The translations under genes and the position numbers were made by a program. The notes beneath the pieces are model-generated. The model was not told the DNA's origin, did not search any database, and saw only the letters and a list, made by a program, of their open reading frames with translations. Below, piece after piece: positions 7,794-18,200 of a stretch of 64,000 nucleotides of DNA; position 1 is the first letter of the stretch; every line of letters begins with the position of its first letter. The DNA comes from Nanobdellota archaeon (lineage in GTDB: Archaea > Nanobdellota > Nanobdellia > Pacearchaeales > GW2011-AR1), in assembly GCA_038045385.1 (NCBI GenBank), contig JBBSYE010000002.1:65509-129508 (forward strand), given 5' to 3'.

Positions 7794-8354
7794 ATGATTA
7801 TTGGGGTGGTTGGACCTTTATGTGCTGGGAAGGATAGTTTTGCTTTTCTTTTGCAAAATAAGGGTTTTGCATTGTTTTCTTTTGGAGATGTTATTCGTAA
7901 AGAGATGCATGAAAAAGGACTTGTACTTGAACGAACTGAGATTCAAAAATATGGAAACTTCATTCGTTCTAGTGAAGGAGCAGGGGCTATTGCTCGTAGG
8001 ATTTTGCAGTTAATTGGGATAGAGAAAGGGAATTATATTGTTCAGGGATTTAGGAATCCGGCTGAAGTTGAAGCATTTATGGCGCAAAAAGATTTCATTC
8101 TTGTTGCCTTAAGTGCTTCACAAGAAGCAAGATTTGAAAGAATGAAACAAAGAAAGCGAGAGAAAGATCCAACTACTTTTGAGGCCTTTAAGAAAATTGA
8201 TGATATGGAACTTTTAGGTGTTGGGCAGAATGAGGATGGATTTAATATCGGAGAGTGTATGAAAATGGCGAATTTTAAAATTAATAACGATGGAAGTATT
8301 TTGGATTTAGAAGAAAAGATAAATATTTTAGTTCAAGAGATTAAAGGAGATTAG
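7794..8354 (+). CDS. P-loop nucleoside/nucleotide kinase-like protein (dephospho-CoA kinase / CMP kinase-like)
   Basis: VVGPLCAGKDS Walker A at the N-terminus. Start moved to Met16 by TATA spacing. Confidence 0.6.
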   Translation: MIIGVVGPLCAGKDSFAFLLQNKGFALFSFGDVIRKEMHEKGLVLERTEIQKYGNFIRSSEGAGAIARRILQLIGIEKGNYIVQGFRNPAEVEAFMAQKDFILVALSASQEARFERMKQRKREKDPTTFEAFKKIDDMELLGVGQNEDGFNIGECMKMANFKINNDGSILDLEEKINILVQEIKGD

Positions 8355-8355
8355 T

Positions 8356-8363
8356 TTTATATA
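8356..8363 (+). promoter_or_regulatory. TATA box (TTTATATA)
   Basis: 21 nt upstream of the ATG at 8385. Confidence 0.55.
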
Positions 8364-8384
8364 TCTTAATAATTGGTTGGATGT

Positions 8385-9557
8385 ATGTTAATCGGTCTTG
8401 TAGGACGTCCAAATACGGGGAAATCAACTTTCTTTAAAGCGGCGACTTTGATGGATGTACTCATTGCAAATTACCCGTTTGCGACGATTAAAGCAAATCA
8501 CGCGATGGCTTATGTTAAAATTCGCGATTTGGCTCTAGAGTTTGGTAAGGTTTCAAATCCTAGAGAGGGTTATGTTAAGAAAGGTTCTCGATTTATTCCG
8601 TTTGAATTGATGGATGTTGCTGGACTTGTTGAGGGAGCTTCAGAAGGCAAGGGTTTGGGGAATGCTTTCTTGAATGATTTGAGTGCTGCAGACGCGTTTA
8701 TTCATGTTGTTGATATGTCTGGGGAAACAAATGAAGAGGGTAAGCCTAGTGAGGGATATTATCCTGGAAAAGATATTGCGATTATAGAACGAGAGTTAGA
8801 TTTGTGGTATCTGGGCATTTTAAAGAAAATTTGGGTGATCTTTGCCCGAAAGGCTGAAATGGAACATGCTGAACTTGCGAAAGCTTTGGCGAAGCAATTT
8901 TCTGGGCTAAAAGTAACTGAAGGAGATGTTGAGTATGTTCTTAGGGGAATGAAGATTCAAACTGAAAAGCCTTCTCTTTGGAGCGAGAAAGAGTTGTTTG
9001 ATTTTTCTCGTGCGCTACGACGTCACACAAAGAAGATGATTATTGCTGCAAATAAAATTGATAGGCCTAGGGGAAAGGAAAATTTTGAACGGATAAAGAG
9101 AGAATTTGATTATCCGATTGTTCCTTGTTTTGCAGATGGAGAGCTTGCTTTAAGAGAGGCGGATAAACATGGATTGATTAGTTATGTTCCTGGAGAAAAT
9201 AATTTTGAGATGATTAAAGTTAGTGATAAGCAAAGAGAGGCTCTTGAAACAATCCAGGGCGTTTTAAAGGAATATGGATCAACTGGAGTGCAGGAAGTTT
9301 TGAATAAAATTGTTTTTGATTTACTTGGATATGTTGCTATTTATCCTGCAGGGGCAAAACTTTCGGATAGTAAGGGTAATGTTTTGCCGGATTGTTTTTT
9401 AATGCCTCCACACTCTACAGCTTTAGATTTTGCTTATCGTTTACATAGTGATATAGGGAGAGATTTTGTTAAAGCTATCGATATTAGAACAAAGAAGGCT
9501 GTTGGAAAAGATTACATTTTGAAGAGCGGGGACGGATTGGAGATATTGACTAGTTAA
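8385..9557 (+). CDS. OBG-type GTPase with C-terminal TGS domain (archaeal YchF/DRG-related family)
   Basis: GRPNTGKST (G1), DVAGLV (G3), NKID (G4) and a TGS-like tail, KDYILKSGDGLEILT. Confidence 0.85.
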   Translation: MLIGLVGRPNTGKSTFFKAATLMDVLIANYPFATIKANHAMAYVKIRDLALEFGKVSNPREGYVKKGSRFIPFELMDVAGLVEGASEGKGLGNAFLNDLSAADAFIHVVDMSGETNEEGKPSEGYYPGKDIAIIERELDLWYLGILKKIWVIFARKAEMEHAELAKALAKQFSGLKVTEGDVEYVLRGMKIQTEKPSLWSEKELFDFSRALRRHTKKMIIAANKIDRPRGKENFERIKREFDYPIVPCFADGELALREADKHGLISYVPGENNFEMIKVSDKQREALETIQGVLKEYGSTGVQEVLNKIVFDLLGYVAIYPAGAKLSDSKGNVLPDCFLMPPHSTALDFAYRLHSDIGRDFVKAIDIRTKKAVGKDYILKSGDGLEILTS

Positions 9558-9951
9558 TTTTTCTTCTCTTTAGCCCTTTGATTTTGTCAAAATCAGGGTC
9601 GTCTGAAACTATTTCGGAACAATTGTTAATCATTGCAGTTGCAGCGTGGATAGCATCTCTAGGGGCTATTCCGTATTCTTCAGTTATTGTTTGAGCTTTT
9701 TGTATAACTTGCAGGTCTGTTTTGAAAAAAGTAAGGTTTGGGGAGTTGATAAGAATTGCTCCGGAGGCAATTGCATTTTCTTTACCAATCACTTTTTTTA
9801 GAGCATATTGGAATTCATCCCAGGTTAAACAAGAAGTTCCTGCCTTTTCTTCTCCCTTGAATACTTTGTCTAATATTGCTCCGCAGGTAGCAGATTTTAC
9901 ATCAGTACCACTGATTGGATAAATAAATATATTAGTGTCAAGGTAAATCAT
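9550..9951 (-). CDS. vapC: PIN-domain toxin VapC
   Basis: MIYLDTNIFIY N-terminus. Conserved acidic residues include the C-terminal SDDPDF. Overlaps the upstream antitoxin gene. Confidence 0.8.
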   Translation of the reverse strand: MIYLDTNIFIYPISGTDVKSATCGAILDKVFKGEEKAGTSCLTWDEFQYALKKVIGKENAIASGAILINSPNLTFFKTDLQVIQKAQTITEEYGIAPRDAIHAATAMINNCSEIVSDDPDFDKIKGLKRRKIN

Positions 9952-10180
9952 AACTTTCTTCCTCTATTTTTTTTAGTTCCTTAAGTGTTAAACTTTTTCC
10001 TTTTTTTTGATATCTTAGAAACTGCTTTAGCCAGTTTTCTTCTTTCTTTGATTTTATTTTGACTTCATTACCTTTAACTTCAAAAACTACCTTACTTTTA
10101 TTTTTAAGTCCGAGAAGAATACGGATGTCTATTGGGATGACTACTTGTCCTTTTTCTCCGACATCTCTTATGATTTCCAT
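9938..10180 (-). CDS. vapB: AbrB/SpoVT-family antitoxin VapB
   Basis: 80 aa. GQVVIPIDIRILLGL is a swapped-hairpin motif. 14-nt overlap with vapC. Confidence 0.75.
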   Translation of the reverse strand: MEIIRDVGEKGQVVIPIDIRILLGLKNKSKVVFEVKGNEVKIKSKKEENWLKQFLRYQKKGKSLTLKELKKIEEESYDLP

Positions 10181-10235
10181 ACTTCTCTAAGTAGGAGCTT
10201 GTATTTAAACTTTTTCATACTTAGAGGTAGGAATT

Positions 10236-11150
10236 TTAATGTTTTCTTTTTTGTTTATTTATTTTATTTTTATATTCAATAACACAGATTGAAATCATCA
10301 TGGAGGTTATTGTCATTGCTCCGATGTAAATTTGGAGGATTATCAGAGAGCCATTTATTGCGGGAACATCGAATATGCTTAATTTCATTATTGTTCCGTA
10401 TATTGCGATTATAGAGGTGATAAAGGTGGCAATTGCTGTGAATCTCAAACATGAACGAAAGGCTATCCATAAAATTGGTAGAAAACATAAGAAAGCTAAA
10501 TGAAAGGTTCTATTTATTTCAATAGGCCAGCCTGTGAAAATTATTAGAGATAGAGATATTAAAATTACGAAGGATATTGTAAGTTCTAAATATCTTTTTT
10601 TCTTTATATGTACGGGGACTTTATGATATAGGGCCAATATTAATGTGAATAATATTATTATTCCCATTACATCTCCAATCCACCAAGTCAAACCGACTGA
10701 GAATGCTTGATTTTTATCTAGATAATTTCCATAGATTAAACTGGATATTCCGATTAAGGCACTTATAATTGGAGCTACTATTGCAATAAAGAAAAATTTC
10801 CAGGCAGTTTTAGTTTTTATAAAGACCTCTTTTCCACCTGCAAATCTGTTTATTAAATATCCTGCGATTCCAGCTTCAAGAGTATTTCCTATAGCAATTC
10901 CTATTGAGACTGGAATTGAAGGAGTAGTTGTGAAATTAACTAAAAATGCGCCGATAAATATTGAAGGGAGAAACCTATATCCAAACAAGACCATTACAAC
11001 GACTGCGATTCCAGAGGAGAACCATACAGGAGATGCGCTTTCGTTTAGATAGGCAAGGGATAGTCCTAATTTACCTGCGAAAAAATAAATTACTGCTATG
11101 GCTATTGAGCTTATTAGATAAATTAAAATATTGCTTGTTCTTTTGTTCAT
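10236..11150 (-). CDS. Stand-alone MASE1-like polytopic membrane protein (no output domain)
   Basis: AGKLGLSLAYLNESASPVWFSSGIAVVVMVLFGYRFLPSIFIGAFLVNF matches the MASE1 N-terminal pattern. About 8 TM. Confidence 0.65.
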   Translation of the reverse strand: MNKRTSNILIYLISSIAIAVIYFFAGKLGLSLAYLNESASPVWFSSGIAVVVMVLFGYRFLPSIFIGAFLVNFTTTPSIPVSIGIAIGNTLEAGIAGYLINRFAGGKEVFIKTKTAWKFFFIAIVAPIISALIGISSLIYGNYLDKNQAFSVGLTWWIGDVMGIIILFTLILALYHKVPVHIKKKRYLELTISFVILISLSLIIFTGWPIEINRTFHLAFLCFLPILWIAFRSCLRFTAIATFITSIIAIYGTIMKLSIFDVPAINGSLIILQIYIGAMTITSMMISICVIEYKNKINKQKRKH

Positions 11151-11737
11151 CTTGTGCCTCTTTTGTTTTGTCTATATGAATATTTAGACATTTCGTCGGA
11201 ATTTTTTTTATGGTCGATCATTATCATTAAAGTTATTAAAGTTATTATAATTCCTGCAATTATTAAAATTGCGATTATCCAGTTTTCTCCGAGTTTTATT
11301 TGATAGCCTTTTGAAATAAGTATTCTCTGACTAGTGAAGCCTAGTTGTTCGTTCGTTTCTGTGTCTGTGACGTCAACTTCAATTTCAAAGGATTTTGAAT
11401 CTAAATTTTCTGGAACTCTAAAATTGCTAACTAGGGATGCTCTGGTTTGTAAAGCGATGGTCTCCGAGGATACCTTGTACCGAACTCCATTTTCGTCTTT
11501 TATTGATAAGCTGATAAGAACGTCTCTTATTTCCCTTTCTTTTAATTGAATAAGTGTTATGCCGAGCAAGATATCTTTTCCGTTTTCTGTGTTTGCATAT
11601 TCAGGTTGAAGTTGAATATAAATTAGTACAGAATCCTTTAAGGCAAATCCGGATATGGCTGGATTTTGCTGAAAAAAGTATATCGAAAACATTAATAGGA
11701 GAATAATTAACGAGCTTACACCGATGAACCTCTTCAT
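11147..11737 (-). CDS. Secreted beta-sandwich protein with C-terminal TM anchor, paralogous to the domains in 23182-24426 and 24467-25642
   Basis: Signal peptide, an ~110-aa domain (..ILLGITLIQL..ISLSIKDENG..FEIEVDVTD..), a TM segment and a basic tail. Confidence 0.55.
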   Translation of the reverse strand: MKRFIGVSSLIILLLMFSIYFFQQNPAISGFALKDSVLIYIQLQPEYANTENGKDILLGITLIQLKEREIRDVLISLSIKDENGVRYKVSSETIALQTRASLVSNFRVPENLDSKSFEIEVDVTDTETNEQLGFTSQRILISKGYQIKLGENWIIAILIIAGIIITLITLMIMIDHKKNSDEMSKYSYRQNKRGTR

Positions 11738-11835
11738 TTTATCTTTTTAATTTATGTTTGAGTATTATTTAAATTGTTCTTTATTTTTCATAATCCTTAA
11801 AAAGCACCCGTTATTTTAGCTAGAAGGGAGAAGAG

Positions 11836-12234
11836 ATGAAATATATTGAGGCGAGCGACTTACAGCAGAGAATGGAGGAGATTGTGAAGCTTTTGGATAT
11901 GGGGCATGTTGATATTTCTAGAGTTAAATGTTTTAGAAGTCATGGTTCTAGCACAAAAAGGACTATTGCTCGTTGTCATACTATTGGTAAGTTAATGCAG
12001 AAAGCTATTGGAGTTAATGCACATTATGCAATTGAATTTTTAGAGAGATTTGAGAAAATGACTAGGGCTGAACAGGATAAGGTGATAATTCATGAGTTAA
12101 TGCATATTCCGAAAACTTTTGGAGGAGGATTTAGACAGCATGATTTTGTTTGTGAGCAAAACGTAGAGCTGATGCATAAACAATTTTTGTCATTAAAGGA
12201 AGGGAGTTCAGGACTGAGGCGTTTTTTTACTTAA
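11836..12234 (+). CDS. Predicted zinc metallopeptidase (HExxH; COG4900-like)
   Basis: 132 aa, with an IIHELMHIP motif. Confidence 0.6.
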   Translation: MKYIEASDLQQRMEEIVKLLDMGHVDISRVKCFRSHGSSTKRTIARCHTIGKLMQKAIGVNAHYAIEFLERFEKMTRAEQDKVIIHELMHIPKTFGGGFRQHDFVCEQNVELMHKQFLSLKEGSSGLRRFFT

Positions 12235-12274
12235 AATTGTGTAAGAGAAATTTTTTAGAAATGCTTATAAAGCT

Positions 12275-15200
12275 TTGAATGTTTGGAGTTTTGAATCCTT
12301 TGTGGTTCTCTTACAAAAAGTGGTGCACAAAAAGTATACTAGCAGGGACGGAAAGAAGTATGGGCCGTATTTTTATTCTACTCAACGCAAGGGCGGAAAA
12401 ATAATTACTAGTTATCTTGGTAAGGATGTTGTTGTTATGAAAAGGCCAGAGTGGAGATTTATGCTTGTTGTTGCGGGAATGGTTTTTGCTTTTCTTGTTT
12501 TGCTACTCTATCTTTCTTACGGCGATCTTTTGACAGGAAGGGTTTCTCTTGATATTGATAGTAGTTATGTTCCTGGAGAAGTCGTTGGAGGTTATTTACA
12601 TTTAAATTTGAAACATGGTGAGCTTATTCCTGCAGATTCATTAGTCATTGCTAATCTTGGCGAGGCTTCAGGAGTTTATACTCTTGGACAAATTCTTGGA
12701 TCTTCTAGTAGCTCTGGCGTTTTTTATTTAGAGGATCAGAACTTGCTTGGAGATGGATTGGGGTACGGGGTTCCTGGAACAGCAAGAGCATATCCTAATG
12801 TTAGCTTTATTTTAGAAGTTAGTTCTGAAGAATTTAAAGAGGTAGTTACTCCGGAAGTTGAAGTTGAAGATGAGAATGAAACTATTGGAGATGGAAATGA
12901 AACTTCTGAAGATGATGTTGAAGATGTTGCAGGAAATGAAACTCTTGAAGATTCAGAAGATAGTAGCGATTCAGCAGACTCTGGAGATTCTAGTGAAGAC
13001 TCAGCAGAAGAAAGCTCTTCTGATAGTGAAGATAATGATTCTGTTAGCGAAGACAGCGAAGAGGATTCAGCTGACGAACCTTCATCTGGAGAATCTGGCG
13101 ATGACGAGAGTTCTGATGGCTCTGGTGAAGAAAGTTCTTCTGACTCTGGAGATTCTAGTGATGATGAGAGTTCTGAGGATAGTGGCGATTCAGATTCTTC
13201 GGAAGGCTCTTCAGAAAGCTCAGGTGATTCAAGTTCAGATTCAGGTAGCGGAATAACTGGAGAGGCAATTTCAGAAGAGAGTTTTACTGTTGATGGTCTA
13301 GTTAGTAGAGATTCTGATTTTAGTTATGCTCTTGAATCCGGGCAGAGTGCAAGAATTGTGTCCGGAAGCGTTATGGTAAATGGAGAGAGCGTTCCTGATG
13401 CTGCTTTGGAGCTCGATATTTCATCAAATCTTGTTGTTATTTCTACAACTTATTCTATAGAAGTTGAGGGTTTTGGGGCGGAGTTTTTGGGAGATGAAAT
13501 TGAGACATTCGATATTCCTCTTTCTGGCTTTGGACTTGTCGCGCTAACTGACTCGAATCTTGGAGTAAATATTGAGTATAATGGAGAAAGTCTTGTTTCA
13601 GCAGAGAGAGACATTTCAACTGTTGCGCCTCCCGAAACAAATATCACTTTAGAGAATGTTACTATTGAGATAGTTAATGAAAGCGTGGGTGCTAATATAA
13701 GCTTAGTTCAGCAGGGTGCGAGACTTGGAGTCCCAGTTAAATGGACTAAAACTGTCTCTTTGGATAATCCTTCGGAAATCATTATTGAGCTTCCTGCTGA
13801 TGCGAGCAATGTTGGAGTTGTTTCTTTTGAATCTAGTGAAGAAGACTCGGGAGCTACAATAAGGGTTGATAATGAAGGTGAAGTTTCTGAAGAATTTTCT
13901 TTTGATGAAGAAACTCCGGAGGCGATTGATAATGAAACTAGCGAGGAAGTTGGGGAATCTTCAGAGGGTATTACAGAAGAAGATTTCACTCCTGAGCGTG
14001 AAACTACTTTAACAGGGAATGTTATTTCTGATCCTTCTATTAGCATTGTTGAATCTGCTTTAACTACTGAAGTGATTGTTGAGCAGCCAGTTTCAGAGGC
14101 AGTCATTGAATATGAGACTCCTGCGCCTTATTCGATTGAAAGAGAGATTGAGAATGGAAAGGAAATTCTTATTGTTGGGCATGATACTATTCATTATCTG
14201 AACGTTATTGCTTTTAGTACAATTCCTGAAGAATGGAATATTCGTTCGCAAGCTGGATTGAGCGTCTATTGGGTTGAATCTGGAATTATAGTTGCATCAA
14301 GTCTTGCTGATGGAGATGAAAATGGAATTTATGATTATATTGAATGGATTGCTCCAGAATTAAGCAATCAGACTTTTATTATTGAGATAACTAGAGCAAC
14401 TCACTTGAATAATTCTAGAGAATTTATTTCCGATATTTATGATGAAGTTTATCAGTTAGATGGAAATTGGAGTGAGACTATTGGAGATGGGGAATATGTT
14501 AGGGTTACTTTCGAGCGTAATCTTACAAGTGTAAATGATATTACTATTTATCCGAGAATAGTTTCTGGCGAGCCAAGCGTAGAAGTTTATGATTATAATG
14601 GAAGCGAGATTTTAGCTAGTTTTAACCCTCTTGTGGAGAATGAATACAATAAAGTTTATCTTTTGAGTTTAGGAAATAGAACGCAAGATACTTTTGATTT
14701 GAAAATACTAAATGGGGCTTTGGAGTTTGATCATATAATTGATCCTTCACCATCAGTTACTAACATAAGTAGTTGTAGTTTTGCAATTGTTAATAATAAT
14801 ACAGATTATCAGATAACTAATAGTTTTAGCTATTCTGGAGTGGATTATTGCCTTAATGTCTCGGCGTCTAATGTAACTATCTTTGGAAACGGATATACTC
14901 TTACTGGTAATCCTAACTCTCTCGGAGGAATAGCATCAATAGGGTCTTATAATGTCACAATTAATAATTTAATTTTGGATGCATGGGATCTTGGCGTTTA
15001 TCTTGAAAATACGAATAACTCTTATTTGAGTAATGTCACTATTAAAGGAGCAGGATCGGTAGGTTTTATTTTATCAAGTTCTTCTTTTAATAATATTAGT
15101 AATCTTGTAATATTTAATACTAGTAATGCGGGAGGTGATGCTGTTGACATTAGTGCTGGTTCGGCTTATAATAGATTTTTCAATATAAATCTTACTAACA

Positions 15201-18200
15201 CAACTGACGTTGCAATACAGGTGGTTACTCCAAGTAATGTTTTTGAGAACGTTAATGTTCATCAATCTTCAACAGCAGTTTCTCTTGCTACAGGAGCACA
15301 TAACACTAGTATTCTTGTAGGGAACTTCACAGATTCGTCTGTTAGTGGTTTTTCAATAGGTGTTGCCGCAAATGGAACTTTCTCAAATATTTATATGGCG
15401 AATCCATCTTTCATAGGCTCAAGAGGTATTTCTATTACAAGTAATGTAGCAAAGAATAATCAGTTCACTAATCTTACTATATTGAATTTCGCTTTGCAAT
15501 ACTTTAGAACTTCTCTTAATAGCGTTAACGGAACAGTTATTGATAATGCTTATATTCAGAATTATACTCTTACAGGCAATCCTGGAGCAATAACAACTTT
15601 TAGAAAACCATTATATGGCGAAGTTTATTTCTTCAGAGGAATAAATGGGACTGGGACAAATTTGAGCAATGATGTAAGGATAGGGAATAACTCAATTATA
15701 ATTAACTCCACTAAAACTGATCTAGGGACTAATAAGACTTCGAACATAACTTTCTATAATCTCCCTACAACTTTTACCTCTCCAGTTATACTTAGAGATG
15801 GAGTTACTTGTACTATTTGTTATAATTTTACTTCATTAAATGCTGGAACTGTTATATTTAATACAACTAGCGGAGGTAATTATACTATTTATGGCACTCT
15901 TCCTTCAGATACTATTTTACCTTTAGTCTCAATAACTTATCCGACTAATACAACTTATGCTTCAGCAATTACGGCGTTGAACTATTCTACTTCAGATACT
16001 AACTTGCAAGCTTGTTGGTACTCGCTTGATTTGGGCGTTACTAATAATACAATAACTTGCGGAACTAACGTGACTGGGCTAACTGCTACACAGGGAAGCA
16101 ATACTTGGAAAGTTTATGCAAATGATAGCAATGGAAATTTGAATACTTCTTCTGTGACTTTTGCTGTAACTCTTGATACAACTCCCCCTGATTTAATCAC
16201 GGTTTATCCGACTAACATTAGCTACACAAGTTTGGTTACAGCATTTAACTACAGTGTTGGAAGTGATGCTCAAGCTTGCTGGTATTCTCTTGATTTAGGC
16301 GTAACCAACGCAACAATAACTTGCGGAACTAATGTTACTAATTTGAATTCTGGGCAGGGCTCAAGCACTTGGAAAGTTTATGCAAATGATAGCAATAATA
16401 ATCTTAACAGTTCGAGCGTGACTTTTAGTGTTGATAGTATTATTCCTCTTGTTTCTATAGTTTATCCAACTAATACAACTTACACAAGCGTGACCGCTCT
16501 CAATTATAGCGTCTCAGATACTAACCTCCAAGCTTGTTGGTATTCCACTAATCTTGGCGTGACTAACACTACAATAATTTGCGGGACTAATGTTACTGGG
16601 CTTTCTTCAAGCGATGGAAGTAACACTTGGAAGGTATTTGCTAATGACTCTAGTGGGAATTTGAATAGTTCTAGCGTTACATTTAGCGTTGATTCGGGTT
16701 CGCCAAGTATAGACTTTGTTAGTCCGACTGAAACTAGCGGAATATTTTTGACAAGAGGAAATATTATGATTAATTTAACTGCTTCAGATAGTAGCTTAGC
16801 TAATATTACAATAGAGTTGTTTAATTCAACAAGTCTTGTGAATAGAACTACTACTCTCACAAGTCCAAATTATGTTAACATTTCTTCATTAACTAATGGA
16901 ACTTATTACTTTAATGCAACAGCTACAGATACTAGCAATAATGCAAATTCTACTTCTACTAGGATTGTTTATATTGATACGCAAAGTCCAGTTGTTAGCT
17001 TAATTGCTCCCGCGAATAATACTTTGGCCACCAGTGCTGGACATTCATTCAACGCTACATTTACAGATAACATTCAGCTAGCTAACGTGACATTCAATCT
17101 TTGGAATTCTTCGGGAGCCTTGGTTAATTCTACTTTCAGAGCTCTGAGTGGAACTAGCGGAAATGTTAATTTGAGCGTTACTTTGCCCGCACAGGGAAGA
17201 TTCTTTTGGAACTATCTTGCGGTTGATAATGCAAGCAATAAAGCATTTAATCATACTAACTTCACTATTTTATTTGATTCAGCAGTGCCTTTGATTACAG
17301 TTTCTTCCCCGACAAACACGACTTATTCTACTAATAGTATTTTAGTTTACTTTAACGCTTCTGATTCAAATGGAATTAGTTCTTATTGGTTTTATAATGG
17401 CAGTGCTAATGTAAGCTTTAGTTCTTCTAGTTCTGAAGCCAGACCGAGCGGAACTGTTGAGCTTAGAGCCCAGACTTGTGAGGCTTCCGATAGCGCGGCG
17501 ATAAATACTTATTCAGGAAGTTGTGATGGGAGTTATCCTTCAATTGATAATGCAGATAGACTTGCAGGAAGTAATGGAGTTTATGAAACTCAAACTTTCC
17601 AAATTGTAGGTGCCTCTATCAAATATGGTGGCGTTAGTATAAGTGTTTACAACAATTCAATAGCGAATTGCGGAGCAATTCAGAGAGTTAATCTTTGTAT
17701 GGAATGGTGGATGACTGGAGCCTTGGAGGATATGTCTGGCCCTGCTGTTGAAGTTGATGCGAATGGAGGTGCTAGTTTTACTGCTACTAGTCATGGTTCT
17801 CCAGGAGATACTGCTAATCCTGGAGTTGAGTGTATTGATGTTACTTCTCTTGAATCTTGGTCTTGTAATAGTTTCTTTGGTTCTAGCGGGACTAGAGCTC
17901 TGGCGAGGAATAAGATTTCTAGTTTTAACGAGATAGCTAGCGAAATTCATACTGACGCTTTGTTCTTCAATGTGACTTATTCTGCGGGAGTTAGCGCTAA
18001 TGCGGCAGAAGGGAGCAATAGCTGGATATTTTATGCGAATGATACAGTAAATAATTTTAATTCTAGTTCTGTGACATTCAGCGTTAATACTGATTCTAGT
18101 CCTCCAATTGTAACTATAAATTCACCGACTGGAAATCTCTCTGTATCACAAGTGACTTTTAATGTCACAACAAATGAGGCGAGTGATAGTGCTCTGTTCA

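Noticed and set aside
12858-14106. Alternative-frame and antisense ORFs (12858-13256, 13450-13647, 13455-13640, 13708-14106) inside the giant gene. Later ones include 15074-15265, 16504-16860, 17657-17950, 18662-18850, 19939-20133 and 21167-21388.
   Set aside because: All are nested in the 9.4-kb ORF and arise from low-complexity or repetitive sequence. Their translations are compositionally implausible.
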